A stretch of 64,000 nucleotides of DNA from Candidatus Multivoradales bacterium (GTDB taxonomy: Bacteria; Acidobacteriota; Thermoanaerobaculia; Multivoradales; Multivoraceae), in NCBI GenBank assembly GCA_965223325.1, contig CBDCWI010000002.1:2848001-2912000 (forward strand), read 5' to 3'. Of this stretch, positions 11,667 through 22,389 are shown one piece after another; positions within the stretch are counted from its first letter, which is position 1; each line of letters opens with the position of its first letter. The position numbers and the translations under genes are program-made. Below the pieces are notes generated by a model. That model worked only from the letters and a program-made list of their open reading frames with translations, made no database searches and had not been told where the DNA came from.

Positions 11667-11999
11667 CTAGTTCGCGTCCTGTGAAGCCGTCGGCTCTTCT
11701 TCGCCTTGCGCCGCCGCTTCGGTCTTCGACGAGGCATCGGCCAGCCGCTGGCGCTCTTCCTGGCGCACCCGCTCTTCGTCGAGATCGATCTCAGTCTGGA
11801 TGGTGCGCTTGAGGTCGTTCGAAGCCTTGCGGAACTCGGCCATGCCCTTGCCAATCGTCCGGCCGACCTCTGGCAGCTTGCGCGGACCGAAGATCAACAG
11901 CGCCAGCACCATGATCAGGATGAGTTCGGGCATGCCGAGCGGGCCGAGCACCAGGGCCACGGTCGGTGGGAGAACGGACACTGGCGCGACGGTGATCAT
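11667..11999 (-). CDS. Twin-arginine translocase TatA/TatB-family subunit
   Basis: GMPELILIMVLALLIFGPRKLPEVGRTIGKGMAEFRKA; directly upstream of tatC. Start may be ATG 11999 or GTG 11951. Confidence 0.92.
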   Translation of the reverse strand: MITVAPVSVLPPTVALVLGPLGMPELILIMVLALLIFGPRKLPEVGRTIGKGMAEFRKASNDLKRTIQTEIDLDEERVRQEERQRLADASSKTEAAAQGEEEPTASQDAN

Positions 12000-12028
12000 C
12001 GCCCGGCGATCTCGAGTTGGAAGAGCAT
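11996..12028 (-). CDS. Putative leaderless mini-ORF (MLFQLEIAGR) coupled to tatA/B
   Basis: TAGGAT (12040-12035, minus strand) + 6 nt + ATG; its stop overlaps the tat ATG as ATGA. Confidence 0.35.
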   Translation of the reverse strand: MLFQLEIAGR

Positions 12029-12174
12029 CGGCGTATCCTATGCCCTCGCGAGGGAGAACGGAGCCCAAGGCATCGGTGACTGGTCACTGCCTCTCGTTGT
12101 TGATGCCTTTTTCCGCCGCGTCCTTGGTCCCTGGGCCTTCCGACCGGCCTTCTTAAAATGCTAGGATTCTTCGG

Positions 12175-13770
12175 ATGCGACGACCTTGGCGATCCCTTGC
12201 AATCCTTCTCTTCTCCTGCACCCTGCTGGTCGCTGGGCTGCTTGGAGACGAGCTTCTGGCCCTCTCCGACGACGCTCGCGACCACCTGAAGGCGTACACC
12301 GAACTGATCTCGGTCGCCCACGAGCGCTATGGAGACGAGCTCACCTACAAAGATCTCATCTACTCCTCGATCAACGGGATGCTGCGCTCGCTCGACCCGC
12401 ACACCAGCTTCCTGCCGCGCGAGGCCTACGACAGCATGCGCGAGAAGCAGCAGAGCACCTTCTACGGGCTCGGCATCTACGTCGGCACGCGCAACGGCCA
12501 GCTCACCGTCATCACCCCCATTCCAGGCACGCCGGCCTCGGAGAAGGGCATGCGCGCCGGCGACGTCATCAGCGCCATCGACGGTCAACCGACCGACAAG
12601 ATGACTCAGGACGAGGCCATCGGTCACCTCAAGGGCCCCAAAGGCACCAGCGTCATGGTCACCCTGACGCGTCCCGGGCTCGATGAACCGCTCGATCTCG
12701 AGATCACCCGCGCCGAGATCCCCCAGACCACCGTCCAGTACACCTACATGCTCGACGAGGAGACTGGCTACATCTCCATCCGCGATTTCTCGCGCTCGAC
12801 CGGCAGTGAGGTCGCACGAGCGCTCGAGAAACTCCAGGGCGATGGCATGCAGCGCCTGATCCTCGACCTGCGCGGTAACGGAGGCGGCCTCCTCGACCAG
12901 GCCATCGAGGTCGCTGACCAGTTCGTTCCCGGCCAGTCCAAGATCGTCGAAACGCGCGGCCGGATCGAGAGTTCCTTCCAGTCGTTCTCGTCCTCGGGTC
13001 ACTACGAGGAGCTTGCCAGACCGCTCATCGTTCTGGTCAACAGCGGTTCGGCCTCCGCTTCTGAGATTCTCGCTGGCGCGATTCAGGACCACGACGTCGG
13101 TCTGGTGGTTGGCGAAGCAACCTGGGGCAAAGGCCTCGTGCAAACCGTCTACTCGCTGCCCTGGGGCAACGGTATTGCGCTTACCACGGCCCGCTACTAC
13201 ACGCCTGCTGGCCGCCTGATCCAACGCGACTACACGTCGTACTGGGACTACTACACCAATTGGGGTGAGGAAGACGAGGGCGGCGAGGAAGAGCGTGGCG
13301 AAACGTTCAACACGGATCTGGGCCGCGAGGTCTACGGTGGCGGCGGCATCGACCCGGACCATGAAGTCGAGCTCGAAGCACCCGATCCCTATCTGGGAAT
13401 CCTGCTGGGTCGCTCGGCGTTCTTCCGCTTTGCCGTCGATCTCAACTCGCACGGCCGCATCAAAGACGCCGCCTGGCGCCCTTCGGATGAAGACATGGCG
13501 GCGTTCCGCAAATGGCTCACCGAGCAGGACGATTTCGGCACCGCTGAAGAGATCGACGAGGCGTTCGCCAAACAGGAGTTCATCGACTACGCCCGCGCGC
13601 GCCTGCGCTACGAGGTGCTCAACACGTCGCTCGGCCTCGAAGCCGGGCATCGGGCGCTGGTCGAGGTCGACGACCAGATCCAGCGCGCGATCGAGCTCTT
13701 CCCCGAAGCTGCCTCGCTGCTTCAGAAGCGCCAGATGCTGGCGTCGTCGATCGATCAGTCCGACCGCTAG
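12175..13770 (+). CDS. ctpA: C-terminal processing protease, S41A family with PDZ domain
   Basis: LDPHT, GLGI (PDZ), LDLRGNGGGLL, SASASEI, TWGKGLVQ, TTARYYTP. Confidence 0.93.
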   Translation: MRRPWRSLAILLFSCTLLVAGLLGDELLALSDDARDHLKAYTELISVAHERYGDELTYKDLIYSSINGMLRSLDPHTSFLPREAYDSMREKQQSTFYGLGIYVGTRNGQLTVITPIPGTPASEKGMRAGDVISAIDGQPTDKMTQDEAIGHLKGPKGTSVMVTLTRPGLDEPLDLEITRAEIPQTTVQYTYMLDEETGYISIRDFSRSTGSEVARALEKLQGDGMQRLILDLRGNGGGLLDQAIEVADQFVPGQSKIVETRGRIESSFQSFSSSGHYEELARPLIVLVNSGSASASEILAGAIQDHDVGLVVGEATWGKGLVQTVYSLPWGNGIALTTARYYTPAGRLIQRDYTSYWDYYTNWGEEDEGGEEERGETFNTDLGREVYGGGGIDPDHEVELEAPDPYLGILLGRSAFFRFAVDLNSHGRIKDAAWRPSDEDMAAFRKWLTEQDDFGTAEEIDEAFAKQEFIDYARARLRYEVLNTSLGLEAGHRALVEVDDQIQRAIELFPEAASLLQKRQMLASSIDQSDR

Positions 13771-13786
13771 CCGCACCCATGGAGCG

Positions 13787-14578
13787 TTAGCCAACCGCAC
13801 TCTCGCGTTCGTCGTGGAGTTCGCCCTGTGGCGGAAGCAGGTCGGGCGCCTTCACGGGGAAGCCGAGGACATCGGCGGCTTGATCACGGACGTGCTCACG
13901 CAGCCGCTTTCTCATGCGGCTGACGATCACCCCAACGCCGATCAGACTGAGCTCGGGAAAGACCATCCGGACCTCCCGGCACGTCCAGCCATCGAAAGCC
14001 GCGAGCTCGAACACCTCGGTGTTGCGTCTCATGAACTGGCCTGGCCAGGCATCCCGGCACGAGCGGCGAAGCCATACCCGCAGTTCACGACGATAGATTT
14101 CACGCTCCTGTAGGTCTCTTTCGGTGCCTTCAGGCTCGAGGTCGTCGGCCAAGCGAATCGACACAAAACGGACCCGACGCTTGAGCGCCCGGCGACGTCG
14201 CACGTGGTCGCGAACAACGCGCTCGAAGACGACCCGAAGGTAGGATCGTGCCTGTTCGTCAGTCTTGGAGTTGCACCGCTCGAGCACTCGACGGGCAAGG
14301 AGGACAACGACGAAGTCCTGGTAGACGTCGCGAAACAGCTCGCGTGAGGCGAGGAACTCGCGGCGACTCTCGATTCCCGTGCTCAGGTACCAGGGCTCGG
14401 CGAAACGCCGCAGCCGTCGGTCCAACTCAACCCAGGCCTGGGCACAGGGTCCAGCCGTTTTTCGACGGCGCCGGGAACTGCGACGACACGCAGTAATCAG
14501 ATCGAGCAGGCCTCGTGATGACCCGCCAGGGTAGACAACTTCCTCAACTGCTTCATCGTGCGTTTCTTCGGACTCCAT
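13787..14578 (-). CDS. ECF-like sigma-70 factor (divergent)
   Basis: Region-2-like AWVEL...DVYQDFVVVLL...RSYLRVV..RVVRDHVRR and region-4-like VFELAAFDGWTCREV...VSRMRKRL. Confidence 0.6.
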   Translation of the reverse strand: MESEETHDEAVEEVVYPGGSSRGLLDLITACRRSSRRRRKTAGPCAQAWVELDRRLRRFAEPWYLSTGIESRREFLASRELFRDVYQDFVVVLLARRVLERCNSKTDEQARSYLRVVFERVVRDHVRRRRALKRRVRFVSIRLADDLEPEGTERDLQEREIYRRELRVWLRRSCRDAWPGQFMRRNTEVFELAAFDGWTCREVRMVFPELSLIGVGVIVSRMRKRLREHVRDQAADVLGFPVKAPDLLPPQGELHDERESAVG

Positions 14579-14722
14579 TGCCGCTCTCCTCTTCGAGGGA
14601 GCGGAGGTCCGGCCAAACGGAACCGATGTTCTGCAGGGAACGGAAAAATAGCACATTCATGGACGACGGGAGCAACCGCCGAGAGGGCGCATGGGGCCGC
14701 ACGGCACCGTAGACTGGTTGGC

Positions 14723-16249
14723 ATGAAGCGATCAGAGCTCAGGGGAAGAGCCGACGTTTACGGCGTCGCCCTCTCCTTCGTTTCCTTCGCTCTCGCCCTC
14801 GGCCTGGTGGGCTGTAGCGAGCCCGAACCAGCCGTAGTGACCGCTCTAGAGGAGCCTCTCTCCGGCGCGGGTCAGGGTTTGAACATCTGGCTGCTGACGC
14901 TCGATACCGTTCGGGCCGACCGTATCGGCGCCTGGCAGCCCGGCCAACCCAGTCGAACGCCCGCCATCGACGCGCTCGTCTCTTCCGGCGTCCGCTTCGC
15001 CTCGGCTAGCGCTACCCGCGGCGAGACCTGGCCTTCGCTCGCCAGCGTTCTCACCGGGCAACTGCCCAGCGAGCATGGCCTGATCTACAACGGCTACGAG
15101 TTTCAGAACGATCAACCGACCCTGCCCCACCTGTTGGCGGCGCGCCACTACGACACGGCAGCCTTCCTGAGCAACATGTGTCAGGCCAACCACACCGGGT
15201 GGGAGACCTTCTCCTGCAGCGGAGGTTCCGACGGGCGACTCATCCGCTCGGTCGAGGAGTGGGTAGCGGAGCGCCAGCGATCGGAGAGCGAAGAGGACCA
15301 CTCACCGTTCCTGTTGTGGACCCACCTTTTTGCCGCCCACGGCCCGTACTACAACGGCGGTGATCTCGCGGCGCGCGAACTCGACCCCGAGTACGAGGGC
15401 GACTTGCGACCCAAGAAGGGAGTCCTCGATCGGATCATGGCAGAAGGCATCCCGCTCGACGAGGCCGACCTCACGCATCTAGATGCGATCTACGAAGCGG
15501 CAATGGTGGGTACCGACAACTCCGTTGGCCGCCTGGTGGAGACCCTGCGGGCAGCCGGCGAGCTCGAGCGCACACTGATCGTTCTTCTGGCCGACCACGG
15601 CGAGGACCTCTACGACCACAACGCCTACCTGTACCACTCCTGCTCGGTCTACGAGTCGACTCTCCGCGTCCCGCTGGCATTCGTCCTGCCGGCCGGAAGG
15701 CTCGCCGGGCGCACGGTCGAAACCCCGGTGAGCCTGGTTGACGTTCTCGCCACGACGCTCGACCTGCTGGGACTACCGCTCGCCGGTCCCGACGCGCACT
15801 CTCTCGTCCCTTGCATCGAGCGCCAGGACCACTGCCCGTCAAGAGACATCTTCACCGAGTACGGCGAGACCGACATCGCGACCTTGCGGCGTGAGCAGTA
15901 CAAACTGGTCGTCAACCCCGGCGGTGAACCGCCGGTCTGCGTGCCGAACGCTCCGGGCTTTCAATACCCGATCGCTCCGGTCGAGCTCTACGACCTCGTG
16001 AGCGATCCGGAAGAGCAGCGCAACCTCGCAGAGCGCAGTTCTCGGACGGACCACGCCGAACTCATCTCGGCAATGAAGGGTGAGATCGAGGGGCGGCTGG
16101 CTCGGCGCTCGACCCACGAGCAGCAGACCATCGACGACGACCTCCGTCGCCAACTGGAAGAACTCGGCTATGTCGTCGACGGCCCTGGAGAGGGCGGTTC
16201 CATGGGGGGAGAGCCTCCAGAACCTGAAGAGGCTGACGACGGAGGCTGA
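14723..16249 (+). CDS. Sulfatase / alkaline-phosphatase superfamily lipoprotein with non-canonical active-site motif
   Basis: NIWLLTLDTVRAD, TWPSLASVLTG, HGPY, ADHGE, RVPL, ELYDLVSDPEEQRNL, LEELGYV; lipobox-like LVGC. Confidence 0.85.
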   Translation: MKRSELRGRADVYGVALSFVSFALALGLVGCSEPEPAVVTALEEPLSGAGQGLNIWLLTLDTVRADRIGAWQPGQPSRTPAIDALVSSGVRFASASATRGETWPSLASVLTGQLPSEHGLIYNGYEFQNDQPTLPHLLAARHYDTAAFLSNMCQANHTGWETFSCSGGSDGRLIRSVEEWVAERQRSESEEDHSPFLLWTHLFAAHGPYYNGGDLAARELDPEYEGDLRPKKGVLDRIMAEGIPLDEADLTHLDAIYEAAMVGTDNSVGRLVETLRAAGELERTLIVLLADHGEDLYDHNAYLYHSCSVYESTLRVPLAFVLPAGRLAGRTVETPVSLVDVLATTLDLLGLPLAGPDAHSLVPCIERQDHCPSRDIFTEYGETDIATLRREQYKLVVNPGGEPPVCVPNAPGFQYPIAPVELYDLVSDPEEQRNLAERSSRTDHAELISAMKGEIEGRLARRSTHEQQTIDDDLRRQLEELGYVVDGPGEGGSMGGEPPEPEEADDGG

Positions 16250-16282
16250 GGGTCAGCGGCCGTCTTCTGGGGCGAGCGGCCC

Positions 16283-16438
16283 CTACTTCATCTTCTCTTC
16301 GACGAACTCGACGTGCTTGCGCACCTTGGGGTCGTACTTCTTGAGCTTCAGCTTCTCGTTGCTGAGCTTTTTGTTCTTCGTCGTGGTGTAGAAGTACCCG
16401 GTACCGGCGCTGGACACCAACTTGATTTTGTCGCGCAT
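16283..16438 (-). CDS. rpmG: 50S ribosomal protein L33 (cysteine-free type)
   Basis: [23 protein letters not shown]...[15 protein letters not shown]; 51 aa. Confidence 0.98.
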   Translation of the reverse strand: MRDKIKLVSSAGTGYFYTTTKNKKLSNEKLKLKKYDPKVRKHVEFVEEKMK

Positions 16439-16496
16439 GTCGTTTCTGCCTTTCAGGCAAGCGATTGGTTCGTGCTCGAACCGAAAAACTCTCGAG

Positions 16497-16573
16497 TGGC
16501 GGGGCCGACGGGACTCGAACCCGCGACCTCCGGCGTGACAGGCCGGCATTCTAACCAGCTGAACTACGACCCC
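16497..16573 (-). tRNA. tRNA-Asp (GUC)
   Basis: GGGGUCG...CU-GUC-AC...GGUUCGAGUCC...CGGCCCC-G-CCA; 77 nt. Confidence 0.97.
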
Positions 16574-16722
16574 GAACCTCGAAAACTTCAGCCGCTGAGA
16601 CCGGCTGTACTCTCGCTGGACTTCCCACGGTTCCTGACCCTCCGAGCCGGAACTGGCCGGCTTCGCCCCACGACCAACCGGTTCGCGGGAAGTCGATTGC
16701 TCCGGATGGAGAATCTCCTCGA

Positions 16723-16799
16723 TGGTGGGAGGTGTGGGACTCGAACCCGCGACCCCCTGCGTGTAAAGCAGGTGCTCTAACCAACTGAGCTAACCTCCC
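16723..16799 (-). tRNA. tRNA-Val (UAC)
   Basis: GGGAGGU...UU-UAC-AC...GGUUCGAGUCC...ACCUCCC-A-CCA; 77 nt. Confidence 0.97.
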
Positions 16800-16876
16800 T
16801 CACCGCAACCCGACCAACGTCGAAGTTCAGGCGAAGTTCAGGAGATGCGGGCTGAACCCTCTACGAGAGCCGCGAC

Positions 16877-16905
16877 ATCATACGAACGGCTCCCTCAGCT
16901 GTCAA
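16877..16905 (-). promoter_or_regulatory. Near-consensus sigma70 promoter for tRNA-Val / tRNA-Asp / rpmG
   Basis: Minus strand TTGACA, 17 nt spacer, TATGAT, then a GC-rich discriminator GTCGCGGC typical of stable-RNA promoters. Confidence 0.85.
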
Positions 16906-16994
16906 CGCACGGTAGACCCTCGCAACGCGCCCTGGTCAGCACCAGCCGGAGGGGACCATGGCGGGCCGGCAACTGCGGCATAATGCGGGCGATT

Positions 16995-17061
16995 CTCCGT
17001 CTGCAAGGCCACAGAACCCTCCGTCTGCAAGGCACAGAACTCTCCGTCTGCGAAGCAGAAC
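16995..17061 (+). repeat. Three imperfect tandem hairpin repeats upstream of sodA
   Basis: CTCCGTCTGCAAGGCCACAGAACC / CTCCGTCTGCAAGGCACAGAACT / CTCCGTCTGCGAAGCAGAAC. Confidence 0.85.
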
Positions 17062-17181
17062 ACCGGATCCCGCTGCGGCAGGCGAGCGCTCTCCGCCGGG
17101 ACCGATCACATCACCTCACATCACCGCGCCGTTCGCCAGCGAGCTGGAGGAGCGGCCGCTCAACAAACCAGGAGCCTCCCG

Positions 17182-17784
17182 ATGGCACACCAGCTTCCCG
17201 ACCTCGAATACGCCTTTGATGCTCTCGAGCCTCACATCGATGCCCGCACGATGGAAATCCATCACGACAAGCATCACAACGGCTACGTCAACAATCTCAA
17301 TGCGGCGCTGGAGGGTCACGATGGCCTCGCCGCTCTAGGGGTGGACGAGCTCATCGCCGACCTCTCTGCCGTTCCGGAAGACATCCGCGGCGCTGTGCGC
17401 AACAACGGCGGTGGCCACTCGAACCACAGCCTGTTCTGGAAGGTCATGAGCCCTTCCGGTGGGGGCGCACCCAGCGGCGATCTGGCCGATGCCATCAACG
17501 GTACCTTCGGCAGCTTCGACGACTTCAAGGCCAAGTTCCAGACCACCGCGGGAACCCGCTTCGGAAGCGGCTGGGGCTGGCTCACCAAGACTGCCGACGG
17601 TCTGGCCCTCGAGTCCACGCCCAACCAGGACAGCCCGGTGATGGAGGGTCGGACTCCGATCCTCGGCGTCGATGTCTGGGAGCACGCGTACTACCTCAAC
17701 TACCAGAACCGGCGTCCGGACTACCTCAAGGCCTTCTGGAACGTCGTCGACTGGAACGAAGTCAGCCGCCGCTTCGCCGCATAA
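17182..17784 (+). CDS. sodA: Superoxide dismutase, Mn-type
   Basis: [15 protein letters not shown] (GGG, Mn-type), FGSGWGW, TPNQD (Mn-type Gln), DVWEHAYY. Confidence 0.95.
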   Translation: MAHQLPDLEYAFDALEPHIDARTMEIHHDKHHNGYVNNLNAALEGHDGLAALGVDELIADLSAVPEDIRGAVRNNGGGHSNHSLFWKVMSPSGGGAPSGDLADAINGTFGSFDDFKAKFQTTAGTRFGSGWGWLTKTADGLALESTPNQDSPVMEGRTPILGVDVWEHAYYLNYQNRRPDYLKAFWNVVDWNEVSRRFAA

Positions 17785-17793
17785 GCGCCAAGG

Positions 17794-17826
17794 ACCCGGG
17801 TCCCCACCCGGGTCCCCACCCGGGTC
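17794..17826. repeat. Short tandem repeat (ACCCGGGTCCCC x ~2.7) inside a GC hairpin downstream of sodA
   Basis: Units at 17794, 17806 and 17818, bracketed by GGACCCG...CGGGTCC; possible terminator region. Confidence 0.6.
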
Positions 17827-18000
17827 TCGGGTCCCTGCCGGGGTCTTCCGACCCGCCCAAAAACCGGGGCATGTGATTCCGGGTTTTCGGTGCTTCCCGG
17901 TGACCGCAAGAATCGCGGTTCGCGCCTCCCTGTCCGCCACAAGCTGTTGACTGTCAAGGGCTTCCGGCGGTACAAGGCGCGTCGTTCGTACCTCTCCAAA

Positions 18001-18016
18001 TTGCGTATATACGGAA
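18001..18016. promoter_or_regulatory. Palindromic candidate operator upstream of the ArsR gene
   Basis: TTGCGTATATACGGAA, a near-perfect 16 bp palindrome within an AT-rich stretch. Confidence 0.45.
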
Positions 18017-18175
18017 AGTTACACACGACTGCGCATTTGCTGCGCAACACAGCTGCCCTTTTGGTGCCGTTTTCAAGCAAGTTTCAATATTGTACTCCTA
18101 TACTGGCATCCGTCAATAAAGCTAGAGCTGGAACAAACCAGCTCCCGCAAAAGGAACCGAAGGGGGTACCTAACC

Positions 18176-18523
18176 ATGCAGAACGCCACTAGCACCGCCG
18201 AGCGCCGCAACTTCCGCTACTCAGATCTTCGCCGCTCCGAGCGCAAGATGACCAAGGTCTTCAAAGCGCTTTCCGACTCGACCCGCCAGCAGATCCTCCA
18301 GCTGCTCGAGGGCACCGAGCGCAGCGTTGGGGAGATCGTCGGAAACTTCGAGCTCTCGCAGCCCACCATCTCGCGTCACCTCTCGGTTCTCAAAGAAGCC
18401 GAGCTGGTGATCGACAAGCGTCAGGGCCAGAACGTCATGTACCGGCTGAACGACGAGGCGCTCGCTTCGTCCATGCACGAGTTCTTCGGTCAGTTTTCGG
18501 CCTGCCAGAACAGCCTGCGCTGA
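18176..18523 (+). CDS. ArsR/SmtB family transcriptional repressor (SdpR-like)
   Basis: VFKALSDSTRQQILQLL...SVGEIV..FELSQPTISRHLSVLKEAELV...RQGQNVMYRLN. Confidence 0.9.
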   Translation: MQNATSTAERRNFRYSDLRRSERKMTKVFKALSDSTRQQILQLLEGTERSVGEIVGNFELSQPTISRHLSVLKEAELVIDKRQGQNVMYRLNDEALASSMHEFFGQFSACQNSLR

Positions 18524-18723
18524 TTCTGAGCGTCTGAACTCCTCCTGAGTTCCTTGGGCCCGCGGCGAAACGTGGCTTCGCCGTGGGCCTCCCTCACCCC
18601 ACCAGAGGTGAGGACGCTCTCAGACGGTGTCGGCACTCCTCCAGGTCCGTCCCGTCGTGCACGAGTCGAGAGCTCACCAATCTGGCCGAGGGCCGGGCGA
18701 GCGCATATACTGCGCGCCTTCTA

Positions 18724-18800
18724 GGCGGTGTAGCTCAGATGGTTAGAGCAAGCGGCTCATATCCGCTGTGTCAGGGGTTCAAGTCCCTTCACCGCCACCA
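18724..18800 (+). tRNA. tRNA with CAU anticodon, most likely elongator tRNA-Met
   Basis: GGCGGUG acceptor stem with G1:C72 paired (not initiator); CU-CAU-AU loop; CCA encoded; TATACT plus GC discriminator just upstream. Confidence 0.9.
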
Positions 18801-18881
18801 TCCCTCCTCCGCCCTCTTTGACGGACGGCCCTGGCGAGAGGGTTGAACGGTCCGAAACCGAGCCCTGGGGAAGCGTTCGGA

Positions 18882-19985
18882 ATGCCCACACCAAGCCTCC
18901 CAGTCGTCGAGCAGACGCTGGTGCGAGCGCTTCGCCGGCTGCGCCTCTGCCACCCACAGGCCACCCGTGGCAGAGAGAAGCCAGCCAACACGCTCGTGAT
19001 CGCCTTCTCGGGCGGGCCGGACTCGACTGCCCTCCTCGCCGCCTGCGAACGCACTCGTGCTCTCCATGGCTTCGAGTCGCGTGCCGTTCACGTCGACCAC
19101 CGTGCAGACCCCCAGTCTGGCGCCCGCGCCAGGGCGGCTGCGGCGATCGCCTCGCAGCTCGCCCGTGAGTGCCTGGTCATCGAAGGCGACGGTGACGCAC
19201 ACCAGAGGGCCTCGCTGGCGGCCCACGGTCAAGGCCACGAGGCTTTCCTGCGCGCGCTTCGCGAGCAGGCGCTCGAAGACTTCGTGGCCAGATCGACCGA
19301 TCGCATCGCTGCAATCCTCACGGCCCACCATCGCGACGACCAGTGCGAGACCGTCGCCCTGCGGCTGCTCCGTGGGAGTGGTCTTGCCGGTCTCGCCGGC
19401 ATGTCTGAAGACTCACACAACGCGAACGACGAGGCCCGCGCCGCCGACGAAGCGCCGGTTCGCACCCGGCGCATTCGCCCGCTCCTCTCCGTCGGACGTG
19501 CTGAGATCCTCCGCTACCTCGAAGGGTCCGGCCTCGAGGCGGTTTCGGACCCGACCAACCGCGATCTCAGACAGCTGCGCGCTCGCATCCGCTACCACCT
19601 GCTCCCCGCTCTTCGGGCCCATGACCCCAAGACCGACGACCGGCTGCTGGCCCTTGCCGCCGCCGCCGCTCGAACCAGTCGCCTGATCACTGCCCGTCTC
19701 GCCGATGATCTCGGCCTCGAACCGCTTCAGGGAATCGGTCGACGCGTCGGCGCAACCCTCGTCATCGCAGAACTCAGGCGGCTGCCGCCCTCCCTTTGGC
19801 CCTTCGCCCTGGCGCTTCTGCAACGGGCTGCAGGAGCCCCGTACCCGGGCACCCAGGGAGCCCGGGCCGAACTCGCGCGTCAACTGCAGAGCGGGGGTGC
19901 AATCGGTATCGATTGCGGCGGTGGCTGGACCTGGGAGCACCACCCGGGGGCACGACTGGCCATGTCACGTCGGGCCCCGTCTTGA
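18882..19985 (+). CDS. tilS: tRNA(Ile)-lysidine synthetase
   Basis: AFSGGPDS, HVDH, TAHHRDDQCET..LRLLRGSG, IRPLL, DPTN, RARIR; lies upstream of ftsH. Confidence 0.92.
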   Translation: MPTPSLPVVEQTLVRALRRLRLCHPQATRGREKPANTLVIAFSGGPDSTALLAACERTRALHGFESRAVHVDHRADPQSGARARAAAAIASQLARECLVIEGDGDAHQRASLAAHGQGHEAFLRALREQALEDFVARSTDRIAAILTAHHRDDQCETVALRLLRGSGLAGLAGMSEDSHNANDEARAADEAPVRTRRIRPLLSVGRAEILRYLEGSGLEAVSDPTNRDLRQLRARIRYHLLPALRAHDPKTDDRLLALAAAAARTSRLITARLADDLGLEPLQGIGRRVGATLVIAELRRLPPSLWPFALALLQRAAGAPYPGTQGARAELARQLQSGGAIGIDCGGGWTWEHHPGARLAMSRRAPS

Positions 19986-20277
19986 ACCTAACCTCACCCC
20001 GCCGACGAAGGGAGAGAGGCCGGCAACCAACCGTCGCGCCGAAGCCTAGTTTTCTCCTATACTGGAGGGCCGACGCGCGGTTCGAGCCGCCCGTCATCGT
20101 CTTTGGATTGCGGCACACCAAAGCCCGCTTGCGGGCCGCCGCTGAACCTGAAACGGTGGGAAGCCACCCTCGCGACTCCTCGTTGAGTCGGACTGGTTCG
20201 CACGGTGCCCGCGGCCGGGTTCCCGCCCAAAGCCCACGCAATTCACCTCTGCCTACCCACCCCTTTGGGAGAATTCG

Positions 20278-22275
<1,998 letters not shown>

Positions 22276-22389
22276 GCAGCCAGCATCGCCCTAGACCCAC
22301 CACGTCTTGAACTCCCACACGCCCGTTTCTAATCGCCCCGTGTTCTGTGGAAGGCAAGACAGGGGCGCGTCCCCTGACTGGCGCGACGC

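Noticed and set aside
11791-13800. 669-aa antisense ORF over ctpA, and similar long shadow ORFs (983-1912, 8389-9459, 35685-36965, 40847-41947, 47511-48614, 59804-61030)
   Set aside because: They lie antisense to clearly recognisable genes and show no motifs; long stop-free shadow frames are expected at this GC content and codon bias.
16995-17061. CRISPR array
   Set aside because: The repeats are directly adjacent with no unique spacers, and there are no cas genes in the window.
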